A stretch of 50,509 nucleotides of DNA from Chthonomonadaceae bacterium (lineage in GTDB: Bacteria; Armatimonadota; Chthonomonadetes; Chthonomonadales; Chthonomonadaceae), in the NCBI GenBank assembly GCA_035650735.1, contig DASRGZ010000011.1, positions 1-50,509 on the forward strand, written 5' to 3'. This document shows, piece after piece, positions 20,350 to 29,726 of the stretch; position 1 is the stretch's first letter; each line of letters begins with the position of its first letter. The translations under genes were made by a program, and so were the position numbers. Under the pieces are notes generated by a model, which was not told the DNA's origin, searched no databases, and was given only the letters and a program-made list of their open reading frames with translations.

Positions 20350-21696
20350 TTAGAGCAGTTGCTGCAGACGGCCTGTGCTGTCGCCGATGGTCTCGGCATG
20401 AACGCCCATACGGTCGAGCAGGGAGAGGAGCAGGTTCGTCATCGGGGTTCCGTCCGGGTAGTTCAGATGACGCCCCGATTTGATCGTGCCCGCGCCCTTG
20501 CCGGCCAGCAGGATCGGCAGGTCGTCATGGTTGTGGCGGTCGCCATCGCTGATGCCCGCGCCGTAGACGATCATCGCATTATCGAGCAGCGTACCCTCGC
20601 CCTCGCGGATGGACTGCATCTGTTCCAGCAGGTAGGCCAATTGGGTGATATGGAAGCGGTTGATCTGGCGGATCTTCTCCTGTTTCTGCTTGTCCCCGCC
20701 ATGATGGGAAAGGTCGTGATGTCCCTCCGGCACGCCGATGGCCTGATAGCTGCGGTTGCTGCCGTCGTTGGCAAGCATGAAGGTGCAGATGCGCGTCAAG
20801 TCGGCCTGGAAGGCCAGCACCATCATATCGCACAGCAGACGGATATGCTCGGCGTAGTCAGCGGGAATGCCGGTGGGCGGATTGGAGCTGCCTCGCCTGG
20901 CCGGCATGGCGACCTGTTCCACGCGGGCCAATCGCTGCTCGATCTCGCGCACGGCGGTAAAATACTCATCCAGCTTGCGCTGGTCGTGGACGCCCAGCCG
21001 GGATTGTAGGCGTTTGGCATCTTCCAACACGAAATCGAGAATGCTCTGCTTGTCGTGGTCGCGCCGGCGGCGGCTCTCGATAGTCTCCTTCTGGTCGCCG
21101 TTGCCGAAGAGGCGCTCGAACACCGCGCGGGGGTCTACCTCTCTGGCGACCGGCGTGGTCTCCGAGCGCCAGGAGATGCTGGACGAGTAGGCGCAGCTAT
21201 AGCCGGTGTCGCAGTTGCCAGACTGCGCGCCCCGTTCGCAGCTAATCTCCAGCGAGGGGAAGCGCGTCCGGTTGCCGACACGCAGCGCGGCCAGCTGGTC
21301 CGCCGAGATGCCGTTCTTGATGTCGGCCCCATCGGTTTTGTGCGGGTGGCATCCGGTCAGCCAGGCGGCGGTCGAGCGGGCATGGTCACCGCCGCCGTCG
21401 CCCAGCGCCTCGGCGTTGTGCTGGGTCAGGCCGGTCAGGACCATCACCGAGTCCCGGACGTTCTTGAGCGGCTCCAGGATGTAGGGCAGCGGGAAGCCCG
21501 TGCCCTCCGCCGCCGGCGTCCAGTCCGGCATGTGCATCCCGTTGGGGACAAACAGAAACGCCATACGGTTCGGGCGGACCTTTTTGGCCGACTGCGCCAG
21601 CGCCGATAAGGGGAGCATGGCCTCCAGCAGCGGCAGGGCCATCGCCGTTCCGAGGCCGCGCAGGAAGGTACGGCGGGGAAGGATTGGTTCGGGCAT
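20350..21696 (-). CDS. DUF1552 family protein with Tat-like signal
   Basis: PRRTFLRG..LPLLEAM, FVPNG, HHDLSHH, HNHDDLP; ATG overlaps the upstream TGA. Confidence 0.88.
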   Translation of the reverse strand: MPEPILPRRTFLRGLGTAMALPLLEAMLPLSALAQSAKKVRPNRMAFLFVPNGMHMPDWTPAAEGTGFPLPYILEPLKNVRDSVMVLTGLTQHNAEALGDGGGDHARSTAAWLTGCHPHKTDGADIKNGISADQLAALRVGNRTRFPSLEISCERGAQSGNCDTGYSCAYSSSISWRSETTPVAREVDPRAVFERLFGNGDQKETIESRRRRDHDKQSILDFVLEDAKRLQSRLGVHDQRKLDEYFTAVREIEQRLARVEQVAMPARRGSSNPPTGIPADYAEHIRLLCDMMVLAFQADLTRICTFMLANDGSNRSYQAIGVPEGHHDLSHHGGDKQKQEKIRQINRFHITQLAYLLEQMQSIREGEGTLLDNAMIVYGAGISDGDRHNHDDLPILLAGKGAGTIKSGRHLNYPDGTPMTNLLLSLLDRMGVHAETIGDSTGRLQQLL

Positions 21697-23630
21697 CAGG
21701 GACCTCCATCGCCTCTCCGCTGGCGGAAAGGCGCGCTCTGCACAATGGCCGTAATTAGAGCGGAGAATCGGTAGTTGTTCTTCTCGACGGTTTTTGCAAT
21801 CGTGTCCACAACGCAGGTATCGGCAGGCTCCAGGCCGCGACCGAGCGCGTAGGTGAGCATCTTGCCGGACAGGCAGCGCACGAACAGCCCCTTCTTCGAC
21901 TTGAGAATGGCCTTCAATTGCGCCGGGCCGTTGAACGATTGGCCTCCGGGCAGGGTTCCCGAAGCGTCTACGGGCAGGCCCCCGTCTTTGGTACGCCAGC
22001 GGCCAACGGCATCGAAGTTTTCCAGGCCGAAGCCGATGGGGTCCATGCGCGCATGGCAGGAGGCGCACATCGGGTCCTTGCGGTGCTGCTCCATCCGCTG
22101 CCGCAGAGTTCCGACGAGCGGGCCTTTCTTGTCGTCGGCCAACTGCGTGACGCCGGGCGGCGGAGGCGGCGGGGGCGTGCCGAAAAGCTGCTCCAGCACC
22201 CACTTTCCGCGCTTGACCGGCGAGGTGCGCGTCGGGTTGGAAGTGACGGTCAGGATGCTGGCCTGCGTGATCAGACCCCCCCGCCGGCTATCCGTGAGCG
22301 TGACGCGGCGGAACTGCTCTCCCTTGACGCCGGGAATGCCATAGTGCCGGGCCAGCGGCTCGTTCAGGTAGGTATACCGGGCATCGATAAAGTCCAGAAC
22401 GCTGCGATCCTCGTTCATAACCGCCTTAAAGAACAGTTCCGTCTCGGTGCGCATAGCGGCGCGCAGCTTGTCGTTAAAGTCCGGGAAACGCGCCGGGTCG
22501 GGCGCGACGTTGGCGAGGTTGCGCAGTTGGAGCCACTGCCCGGCGAAGTTCTCGGCCAGCGCCTGCGCCTTCGGGTCTTTGAGCATCCGCCGCGCCTGTG
22601 CGGTCAGCACCTTCGGGTCGTGCAACTTGCCCTGCGCCGCCAGAGCAAACAGCTCCTCGTCCGGCATACTGCTCCACAGGAAGTAAGAGAGGCGAGAGGC
22701 CAGCTCGTAGTCGTTGACCATCCGCCTGGCCCTCGGATCGTTCGGGCGCGGATCAATTTCGACGCGGAACAGGAAGTTCGGCGAGACCAATACGGCCTCC
22801 ACCGCAAGCTGAATGCTGCGCTCAAAGCTTGCACCCTCTTTCTGGGCCAGCTTCACGCAGCGTACCAGCCGATCTACCTCCTCTTTGGTGGCGGGACGCC
22901 GGAAGGCGCGGCGGGCAAAATCCCGGAGTATCTTGCGGGCGCAGGCGGCTTCATGGCCCGGCGTCGGCTTGCAGGTGAAGAGATGCCGACGCGGTTCCGG
23001 AAGGGCAACCGCCTTCTCCGCGATCTTCTCGGCGGCAGCCAGGTACTTTTCCATCAGCAGGGGCGAGAGGGAGAGCACGTCGCCGATATTGTCGAAGCCG
23101 TAGCCTACGTCGTCGGAGGGAAAATCGTCGGCGGGATGGAAGTGGATGCCCAGGAGGTCGCGGATGGTGTTGTTGTACTCGGCGCGGTTGAGGCGGCGTA
23201 TGGTGACGCGGCCTGGGTCCATCAATTTGCAGTCGGCCTGCGAGAGCATGGATTGAATCCAGCCGACCAGGAGGTCGCGCTGCGCCTGGGTCGGCTGGGG
23301 CGCTCCGGCGGGCGGCATGTGGCCTGCGGCCACATTTTTGGCGACTTTCTCCCAGATGTCGCGCGCCTTGAGCACGGCGGCGGTATCGGCATAGGCCGCA
23401 AGCGAGAGGCCGGCGGTGGGGCTGCCCCCGCCATGACAGCCGATACAGAACTGCTTTACAAGCGGCGCAATGTCGTGGGCAAACGCGCGCTGTCCTTTCG
23501 CAGCCGGGGAAGTGGCCTGCGCCTGTTGGCGGGACGTGCCGGAACGCTCCTGCGCCGGGACCGCCGCATAGAGCAGCAGGGCCGGGGGCAGGATAAACGC
23601 CAGCCGCAGCAGTGCGGAGCGGGTCGTCAT
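21696..23630 (-). CDS. DUF1592/DUF1588-type (planctomycete PSD/PSCyt) cytochrome c domain protein
   Basis: Signal peptide, CIGCH and CASCH heme motifs, RRLNRAEYNNTIRDL, YELASRLSYFLWSSMPD, TSPVKRGKWV. Confidence 0.9.
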   Translation of the reverse strand: MTTRSALLRLAFILPPALLLYAAVPAQERSGTSRQQAQATSPAAKGQRAFAHDIAPLVKQFCIGCHGGGSPTAGLSLAAYADTAAVLKARDIWEKVAKNVAAGHMPPAGAPQPTQAQRDLLVGWIQSMLSQADCKLMDPGRVTIRRLNRAEYNNTIRDLLGIHFHPADDFPSDDVGYGFDNIGDVLSLSPLLMEKYLAAAEKIAEKAVALPEPRRHLFTCKPTPGHEAACARKILRDFARRAFRRPATKEEVDRLVRCVKLAQKEGASFERSIQLAVEAVLVSPNFLFRVEIDPRPNDPRARRMVNDYELASRLSYFLWSSMPDEELFALAAQGKLHDPKVLTAQARRMLKDPKAQALAENFAGQWLQLRNLANVAPDPARFPDFNDKLRAAMRTETELFFKAVMNEDRSVLDFIDARYTYLNEPLARHYGIPGVKGEQFRRVTLTDSRRGGLITQASILTVTSNPTRTSPVKRGKWVLEQLFGTPPPPPPPGVTQLADDKKGPLVGTLRQRMEQHRKDPMCASCHARMDPIGFGLENFDAVGRWRTKDGGLPVDASGTLPGGQSFNGPAQLKAILKSKKGLFVRCLSGKMLTYALGRGLEPADTCVVDTIAKTVEKNNYRFSALITAIVQSAPFRQRRGDGGP

Positions 23631-24087
23631 TTTCTCCACCTCGGCTGCATCTCATCCTCAGCAACGTGTCGGCTAGGGAAGATAGGCTTTTTCCGTTTCA
23701 TACGAGTTACGGTCATCGTGTGGTTAGGCCGCCCGTTATGGCGTCTATATTAGACACTATGGGCATTCCTCACCTGCGTTTACGTGGGTGTCCCCGGCCC
23801 ATTTTTTTATGACTGCCGGGCCTACTGTTGGGGTGTTACTTTGCTGTGAGACAACGAGCAAGCCCTCTTTGTAACATCCTTTTCTCCTCTTGATCCTCGC
23901 TTGTGCCTGCGCGTTTGCAGCGCCCGGTAGGAAGCTCGGTCCGCATCCTGGCCTCCGCAGCGACATTGCCCAGAAAATGGACCTATGGTCCACGGCCGGC
24001 CAGGAGAGTTTCCGGGAAGGTAGCGGGAACGCCTCGCCTTGCGGTACAATACTGCCATCTTGACAGCAAAGGATTAACTACCCGGCT

Positions 24088-25488
24088 ATGGCGGCTCAAA
24101 GCATGGAACAGCTCGTGTCGCTCTGTAAGCGGCGCGGCTTCATCTTCCCCGGCAGTGAAATCTACGGAGGATTGCAGGGCACCTACGACTACGGTCCCCT
24201 GGGCGTCGAGCTCAAAAATAACCTCAAACGCCTCTGGTGGAAGCATAACGTCTACGAGCGCGACGACATGGAGGGTATTGACGCGGCGATCCTCATGAAC
24301 CGGCTGGTCTGGCGCTACTCCGGCCACGAGGAGACGTTCGTGGATATGCTCGTGGACTGCAAGACCTGCAAGGGGCGCTTCCGGGCCGATAAGCTGGGCG
24401 AGGCGGCCTGTCTGCGGCATCCCAAGCTGCATCCCGGCCAGTGCGAAGGCGAGTTGAGCGAGCCCCGCCCCTTCAACCTGATGTTCAAAACCCAGGTTGG
24501 CCCGGTCGCCGATGCCGAGTCGTTTGCCTACCTACGCCCGGAAACCGCGCAGGGCATCTTCGTCAACTTTAAGAACGTGCTCGACTCGACCAACCGCAAG
24601 CTGCCCTTCGGCATCGCCCAGATCGGCAAAGCGTTCCGCAACGAGATCACGCCGCGCAACTTTATCTTCCGCATGCGCGAGTTTGAGCAGATGGAGATCG
24701 AGTACTTCGTCTTCCCGGAGGAGGCCGAGGCGGCGTTCCAGCGCTGGGTCGAGGATCACTTGAATTGGTGGGTCAACGAGGTAGGCTTGAAGGCAGAGAA
24801 TCTGCGGCTCTACGAGGTTCCGCAGGAGGAGCGCGCCCACTACTCGGCACGCACGATAGACATCTTCTATAAGTTCCCCATCGGCTGGGAGGAGCTGGAA
24901 GGCATCGCCAACCGCACCGACTTCGACCTGGGCTCGCATTCGCGCGACCAGGAGCGGCTCGATATCTCCGCTCGGGTGATAGAAAACGAGCACGCGACCG
25001 AGCGGCTTACCTACTTCGACCAGCCGCGCAACCGCCATATCGTCCCCTACGTCATCGAGCCCTCGGCGGGCGTTGACCGCGGCGTGCTGGCCGCCCTGAC
25101 CGAAGCCTACGACGAGGAGACACTGGAGAACGGCGAGACGCGGGTTGTGCTGCGCCTCAAGCCGGCGCTGGCGCCGATTAAGGTCGCCGTTCTCCCCTTA
25201 AAGCGGAACGCGGAGGAGATCGTCACCGTCGCCAAGCGCATCAAGCAGACCCTTCAGGCCAGCGGCGAGATGCGCGCCGTCTACGACGACACGGCAGGCA
25301 TCGGTAAGCTCTATCGCCGCCAGGATGAGATCGGCACCCCCTTCTGCGTGACGGTGGACTTCGACACGCTGGGACGCGGCGACGATAACTCCCTCAAGGA
25401 CACGGTAACGGTGCGCGATCGCGACACCATGCAGCAGGTGCGCATTCCCATCCCGGAGCTTCTCGATTATATCCGCGAACGCATCTAA
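24088..25488 (+). CDS. glyQS: Glycine--tRNA ligase, alpha2 (single-chain) type
   Basis: [57 protein letters not shown], anticodon domain [12 protein letters not shown]. Confidence 0.97.
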   Translation: MAAQSMEQLVSLCKRRGFIFPGSEIYGGLQGTYDYGPLGVELKNNLKRLWWKHNVYERDDMEGIDAAILMNRLVWRYSGHEETFVDMLVDCKTCKGRFRADKLGEAACLRHPKLHPGQCEGELSEPRPFNLMFKTQVGPVADAESFAYLRPETAQGIFVNFKNVLDSTNRKLPFGIAQIGKAFRNEITPRNFIFRMREFEQMEIEYFVFPEEAEAAFQRWVEDHLNWWVNEVGLKAENLRLYEVPQEERAHYSARTIDIFYKFPIGWEELEGIANRTDFDLGSHSRDQERLDISARVIENEHATERLTYFDQPRNRHIVPYVIEPSAGVDRGVLAALTEAYDEETLENGETRVVLRLKPALAPIKVAVLPLKRNAEEIVTVAKRIKQTLQASGEMRAVYDDTAGIGKLYRRQDEIGTPFCVTVDFDTLGRGDDNSLKDTVTVRDRDTMQQVRIPIPELLDYIRERI

Positions 25489-25535
25489 AGCCGGGCAGCC
25501 GCCGCGTCTCTGCGCCACAAAACCGCCGTTCCTCC

Positions 25536-26366
25536 TTACCAGGCCTCTTCGCCCTCCGTCCAGGGATACCATTGCCGATACCGGGACGTGGGGCCCGTTT
25601 CTGCCGCGCCGGGCAGCGCGCCCCACGCCGAGGAAGCAATGCCGTTTGGCGCCTTCGGGTCCCAACTGGCCGGCATCTTGTGCCACTTCACATGCCCGTC
25701 GGCATACAGATAGACGCTGCCTTCCCGGTGCCGACGGAATAGCGGCGGCTGCCTGTTCTTCACCAGACTCAGATTGTTCGGGCCGATCAGTTCCCTCCCC
25801 AGCATGGAAGCGCTCTCGACAATGAAGAGGCGGCTGGCAGGCTGAGGGATGCCCGACAGCACGTACCCAGCCGTGGGTTTGAAGGTGAAGGTGGAAGTAT
25901 CGTAAAAGAAATAGCGGTTCAGCGCATACGAGAGCGGCTGGAGCGGCTGGCCGAGGCCGTTGACGCCCAGCGGCAAATTGGCGGGAAGCCCGGAGCCGTC
26001 CGAGGGGCATTTGTGGATCTGGGTGCTCTTCTCATATGGCTGGAGCAGGTCAAAGCAGCAGGGCGGATAGTAGACCGCCCCGCCCGCGCCGCTGTACCAG
26101 GCGAACTGGGTGTAGGGCGGGGAGGTGACCGGACCGCCATAGTCGGCAGGCGGGAACTTCTCGTCGTAGTCCTGAAGATACAGATTCAGCCCCAGCCCGA
26201 TCTGGCGGCCATTGGACAGACAGGCTGCCTGGCGGGCCTGCTCGCGGGCCTGGGCGAAGACGGGGAAGAGAATGGCGGCCAGGATAGCGATAATGGCGAT
26301 GACCACGAGCAATTCGATCAGGGTAAACCCGAGCGTTTGTAAGCGGGGAGAGCGAGGGCTTGGCAA
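25536..26366 (-). CDS. Prepilin-type N-terminal cleavage/methylation protein (DUF1559-like, H-X9-DG)
   Basis: [51 protein letters not shown] after AAAGGA. Confidence 0.9.
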   Translation of the reverse strand: MPSPRSPRLQTLGFTLIELLVVIAIIAILAAILFPVFAQAREQARQAACLSNGRQIGLGLNLYLQDYDEKFPPADYGGPVTSPPYTQFAWYSGAGGAVYYPPCCFDLLQPYEKSTQIHKCPSDGSGLPANLPLGVNGLGQPLQPLSYALNRYFFYDTSTFTFKPTAGYVLSGIPQPASRLFIVESASMLGRELIGPNNLSLVKNRQPPLFRRHREGSVYLYADGHVKWHKMPASWDPKAPNGIASSAWGALPGAAETGPTSRYRQWYPWTEGEEAW

Positions 26367-26493
26367 CGAACGTTCCTTTCTTGATTTCGGGCGGTGTGAA
26401 CGCCACAGACAGGGCTGCCTGCATAGGCCAGCCGCCGAGAGGGCAGGCAGATGGAGAAGAGCGCCTCTGCACGGTGAACGGGCAATTTGACTA

Positions 26494-26522
26494 AGTATAC
26501 AAGGACCTCTGCCGCTTGTCAA
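26494..26522 (-). promoter_or_regulatory. Sigma70-type promoter for the prepilin-like gene
   Basis: Minus strand TTGACA-17nt-TATACT. Confidence 0.8.
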
Positions 26523-26606
26523 GCCGGTTATAGGCTTTCATAGAGGCATAGGAAGACGGGATTTTCGCCAAACTTTTTTTGCGTGAATAGGTATTTTTGC
26601 GCGGTT

Positions 26607-26622
26607 TGGCATGGAATTTGCA
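26607..26622 (+). promoter_or_regulatory. Sigma54 (-24/-12) promoter, module 1
   Basis: TGGCATG-GAAT-TTGCA fits TGGCACG-N4-TTGCW; same position in module 2. Confidence 0.75.
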
Positions 26623-26647
26623 AGGCAGCTCCATGGAAGTGGTTTCT

Positions 26648-26757
26648 GCTCAGGATGTGTCAGGCACCGGGCAGAGCCCCTCTGAGTTTCTGCCGCCTGG
26701 ATGTAGCGCGCTTCTGCCTCCTGGTTGGGTGGCACCGCACGAGGCCGAAGCGCTCTC
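26648..26757 (+). ncRNA. Candidate structured 5' leader RNA, copy 1
   Basis: Highly similar to 28013-28120; two predicted hairpins (TCAGG/CCTGG; GCGCTTC..GCCTC/GAGGC..GAAGCGC). Confidence 0.4.
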
Positions 26758-26802
26758 GCCTGGCCAAAGAAACAAATCCTTGAAAGGAGCGTGTTGACAA
26801 AC

Positions 26803-27180
26803 ATGCGAAACAAATCTTCCGTGTCGCTAGGACGGATGGCGCTAGCCTTCATTGCCGTCCTAGCTGTCGCCGGGCCGGGCCTGCTGTTTGCCCAGGGCCC
26901 CGGCACCGTCTATGCGACCCCCAGGATCGCCGACATCCTCGGCCCGGCTTCCGTACCGGCAGGGGGAACAGCCACCTACCAGTTGGAGGTCATCTTCAGC
27001 GATAACACGCGGGTTACTGTGCCGAATCCGACGTTTACGGCCCGCCTGGGATCGTTCTCCGGAGATACCTATACCGCGCCGAGCCCGGCCCCCGCGAATG
27101 GGCGCGACCTGCTAACGGGTACCTTCAGCAACGCCCAGGGCTCGGTCAGGGCTAACAGGCTCATCACCATTACCCCCTAG
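26803..27180 (+). CDS. Small secreted beta-rich hypothetical protein, copy 1
   Basis: Signal peptide (..LFA-Q), AAGGAG RBS, paralog at 28169-28570. Confidence 0.85.
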   Translation: MRNKSSVSLGRMALAFIAVLAVAGPGLLFAQGPGTVYATPRIADILGPASVPAGGTATYQLEVIFSDNTRVTVPNPTFTARLGSFSGDTYTAPSPAPANGRDLLTGTFSNAQGSVRANRLITITP

Positions 27181-27273
27181 CGTTGGGGCAGAGAGCCTGT
27201 TTTCCTAGAAGAACAACAGGCTTCTTGATGTTTTTGCAATGCCTTTAAACCCACTGTGAAAGGGATTGGTAAC

Positions 27274-27741
27274 ATGAAACTTAAGCTCACGCTTGCCACT
27301 ATGGCCCTGGCTCTGTTCGGCCCGGTAGCGGCGTATGCAGGCATCAACGACGTCACGATTTCCCTGGCTCCGGTGACGGATAACACCGTCTTCAGCGCCA
27401 CGTTTACGAACACGCTGGCCACGCCGGTGACCATATCGGCGAATAGCATCTCGCCCGCGGCGGATTCGGATGATCTGGCGGATAGTCTCTTCAACAACGG
27501 CCCGCTGACGCTGGCGGCTAACGCTGTCAGCAGCCCGTTTAATTTTGATTATACGACCCCCATCGGCAGTATCAACGATATCACGTATGCGGTCAAGGAT
27601 CCGAATAACGTGATCATCGGCTGCACGGGGCCCGGCTGCGCCAACATCGTTGTTATCCCGGAGCCGGGAAGCATCGCGGCGCTGCTGGTAGGCACGACGA
27701 TGGGCGGAGGGCTATTGCTGGCGCGTCGCCGCCGCAAATAG
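27274..27741 (+). CDS. PEP-CTERM sorting-domain protein, copy 1
   Basis: Signal peptide (AAYA), C-terminal IPEPGS + hydrophobic helix + RRRRK. Confidence 0.92.
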   Translation: MKLKLTLATMALALFGPVAAYAGINDVTISLAPVTDNTVFSATFTNTLATPVTISANSISPAADSDDLADSLFNNGPLTLAANAVSSPFNFDYTTPIGSINDITYAVKDPNNVIIGCTGPGCANIVVIPEPGSIAALLVGTTMGGGLLLARRRRK

Positions 27742-27774
27742 GCTGCGCCTTCCGAAGTAGCTGCCCTCAACTAG

Positions 27775-27810
27775 AGCGGCCGGGGAGCACAAGTTCCCCG
27801 GCCGCTTTTT
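27775..27810 (+). terminator. Rho-independent terminator, module 1
   Basis: AGCGGCCGGGGA..TCCCCGGCCGCT followed by T-run. Confidence 0.9.
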
Positions 27811-27971
27811 GTGTCTGTATATCCCGCCCCGCGCTCTCACCTGCCCCGCCATCAGAACGGCGTCCCCATCCCTGCAATTCCCTCCACGCGCGTGCCCTCT
27901 CGGCAGAAAGCGCTCAGGCTTTACCGGCAAAAATACCGGTTTTCGCGGCCACACGCATTCTTGCGAACATT

Positions 27972-27987
27972 TGGCCTGGAAGTTGCA
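27972..27987 (+). promoter_or_regulatory. Sigma54 (-24/-12) promoter, module 2
   Basis: TGGCCTG-GAAG-TTGCA. Confidence 0.68.
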
Positions 27988-28012
27988 GGTCCGCAAGCAG
28001 GAAGCGGTTGCT

Positions 28013-28120
28013 GCTCAGGATGTGTCAGGCACCGGGCAGAGCCCTCCTGGGTTCTTGTCACCTGGACGTCACGCGCTTCTGCCTCCTGGTTGGGTGGCAC
28101 CGCGCGAGGCCGAAGCGCTC
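28013..28120 (+). ncRNA. Candidate structured 5' leader RNA, copy 2
   Basis: Conserved with copy 1 while the flanking non-coding DNA has diverged. Confidence 0.4.
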
Positions 28121-28168
28121 GGCTCAGGCTGCAAGGACCAACCTCGCGAAAGGAGCGTGTTGAACAAC

Positions 28169-28570
28169 ATGCGCAAATCTACCTCTCTGTCGTTGGGCCG
28201 GGTGATATTGGCCTTGATTGCTGTGCTGGCCGTGGCCGGTCCGGGCCTGGTGTTTGCCCAGGGCCCCGGGGCCACCTACCCGACCCCCAGGATCGCCGAC
28301 ATCCTCGGCCCCAGCGCTGTGCCGGTCAACGGCACCGCCACCTACCAGTTGGAGGTCATCTTCAGCGATGGCTCGCGCGTTATCGTGGATCCGAACGCCA
28401 CGTATTCGGCACGGCGCGGCACCTTTGGCTCCGATACGGCAGCGGGAGCTCCCTACACCGCCCCGAGCAGCGTTGGCAATGGCCGGGACCTGCTAACGGC
28501 TGTCTACAGCAACAGCCAGGGCTCGGTCAGGGCCAACCGAGTCATCAGCATCACCGGCGCTATCCCCTAG
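28169..28570 (+). CDS. Small secreted beta-rich hypothetical protein, copy 2
   Basis: Shares TPRIADILGP, TATYQLEVIFSD, NGRDLLT, QGSVRANR with copy 1. Confidence 0.85.
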   Translation: MRKSTSLSLGRVILALIAVLAVAGPGLVFAQGPGATYPTPRIADILGPSAVPVNGTATYQLEVIFSDGSRVIVDPNATYSARRGTFGSDTAAGAPYTAPSSVGNGRDLLTAVYSNSQGSVRANRVISITGAIP

Positions 28571-28663
28571 CCCGGGGGCCGAGAGCTTGTTTTCTTGCCG
28601 GAACAACAGGCTTTTGGTTGAGTTTGCAGTACTTTGAGACCCACTGGGAAAGGAATGTTTGCT

Positions 28664-29125
28664 ATGAAACTTAAGCTCACGCTTGCCACTGTGGCCCTGG
28701 CTCTATTCGGCTCGGTAGCGGCGTATGCTGCTAGCCCGAATGATGTCCAGATCACCCTGTCTCCGGTGACAGATAGCACAGTCTACAGCATGGTTTTGCA
28801 TAACACGCTGAGCACGCCGGTGACCATAGAGGCGGATAGTATCTCCCCAGGACCGGATACGGATCAACTGGCGGATAGCCTCTTCGACAACGGCCCGCTG
28901 ACGCTGGCGGCGCTGGGTACCAGCGACCCGTTCCAGTTCTCCTACCCCAGCCCTACCAGCATTGAGGATATCACGGTGGCCGTCAAGGCTCCCGGCGATG
29001 TTATCATTGGCTGCACAGGGCCGGGCTGCGTCAACGTCGCCGTCCCGGAGCCGGGCAGCCTGGCGCTGCTGGTGGGCGCGACGATGGGCGGAGGGCTATT
29101 GCTGGCGCGTCGCCGCCGCAAATAG
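28664..29125 (+). CDS. PEP-CTERM sorting-domain protein, copy 2
   Basis: Signal peptide, VPEPGS + TM + RRRRK; shares LADSLFxNGPLTLAA and IIGCTGPGC with copy 1. Confidence 0.92.
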   Translation: MKLKLTLATVALALFGSVAAYAASPNDVQITLSPVTDSTVYSMVLHNTLSTPVTIEADSISPGPDTDQLADSLFDNGPLTLAALGTSDPFQFSYPSPTSIEDITVAVKAPGDVIIGCTGPGCVNVAVPEPGSLALLVGATMGGGLLLARRRRK

Positions 29126-29177
29126 GCTGCCCCCTCGGAAGTCGCTGCATTTAAGAGGTGTAGCGGCTTCCAACAAG

Positions 29178-29213
29178 AGCGGCCGGGGAACTTGTGCTCC
29201 CCGGCCGCTTTTT
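29178..29213 (+). terminator. Rho-independent terminator, module 2
   Basis: Same stem as 27775-27810, with T-run. Confidence 0.9.
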
Positions 29214-29344
29214 CTGCTCTTTTGCGCTTGCATTATGAGGAAGGCCGGCTGCGCTGCCGCATCCGGGCCCCCGGAGAGCGCCACCCCGATAACCCCTGCT
29301 CCTGTTTGCTATGGCTTTTGGGCGTTCGCGCCCCCCGGAGGAGG

Positions 29345-29698
29345 CTACTCCTCCACCACCTCGACCCGGATGCCGATGGTACGGATGATTTCGGCGGCGC
29401 GCTCGCACTCCTCCCAGCTGCCATGATGCACCACCGACTTACCCAGGGTGTGTATCTCCCAGGTTTCGATGCTGGCCTCCTCTAGGGTGCAGCCGGTCGC
29501 CTTCTGCAGGATCAGAATGACCTCGGGAATGGTGTTGTAGTCGTTGTCGTAGACGATGACGATGCAGCCTTCCCCGTAGCCGGAGTTGACCTTATCCTCC
29601 TCCTGACGCGGCAATATCGGCGTTACGCGCTCCGGGGCGACGGTGGCGCCGACCGTGAGGCCGCTGCCCCGCTGCCCATCCCCAGGCCGCCTGCCCAT
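29345..29698 (-). CDS. clpS: ATP-dependent Clp protease adaptor ClpS-like protein
   Basis: VIVYDNDYNT..EV..IL, EIHTLGKSVV, E.CERAAE; start uncertain. Confidence 0.8.
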   Translation of the reverse strand: MGRRPGDGQRGSGLTVGATVAPERVTPILPRQEEDKVNSGYGEGCIVIVYDNDYNTIPEVILILQKATGCTLEEASIETWEIHTLGKSVVHHGSWEECERAAEIIRTIGIRVEVVEE

Positions 29699-29726
29699 CT
29701 TCCGTCTCCTCTCCACCCATTCCGCC

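Noticed and set aside
21697..22203. Long N-terminal extension of the DUF1552 ORF (also pyrB 11670-11849 and methyltransferase 6989-7117)
   Set aside because: They overlap upstream genes; better starts exist at the gene junctions.
21918..23753. 611-aa plus-strand ORF (and similar long ORFs at 29736-31121, 32483-33748, 33768-35276, 39869-41467, 47977-49374)
   Set aside because: Antisense shadows of well-supported genes, expected in high-GC DNA; no recognisable motifs.
23640..24087. T-box or riboswitch upstream of glyQS / DUF1592
   Set aside because: No T-box GGTGGNACCGCG-type motif or other recognisable aptamer; only a short GGCCC/GGGCC hairpin. An Rfam scan would settle it.
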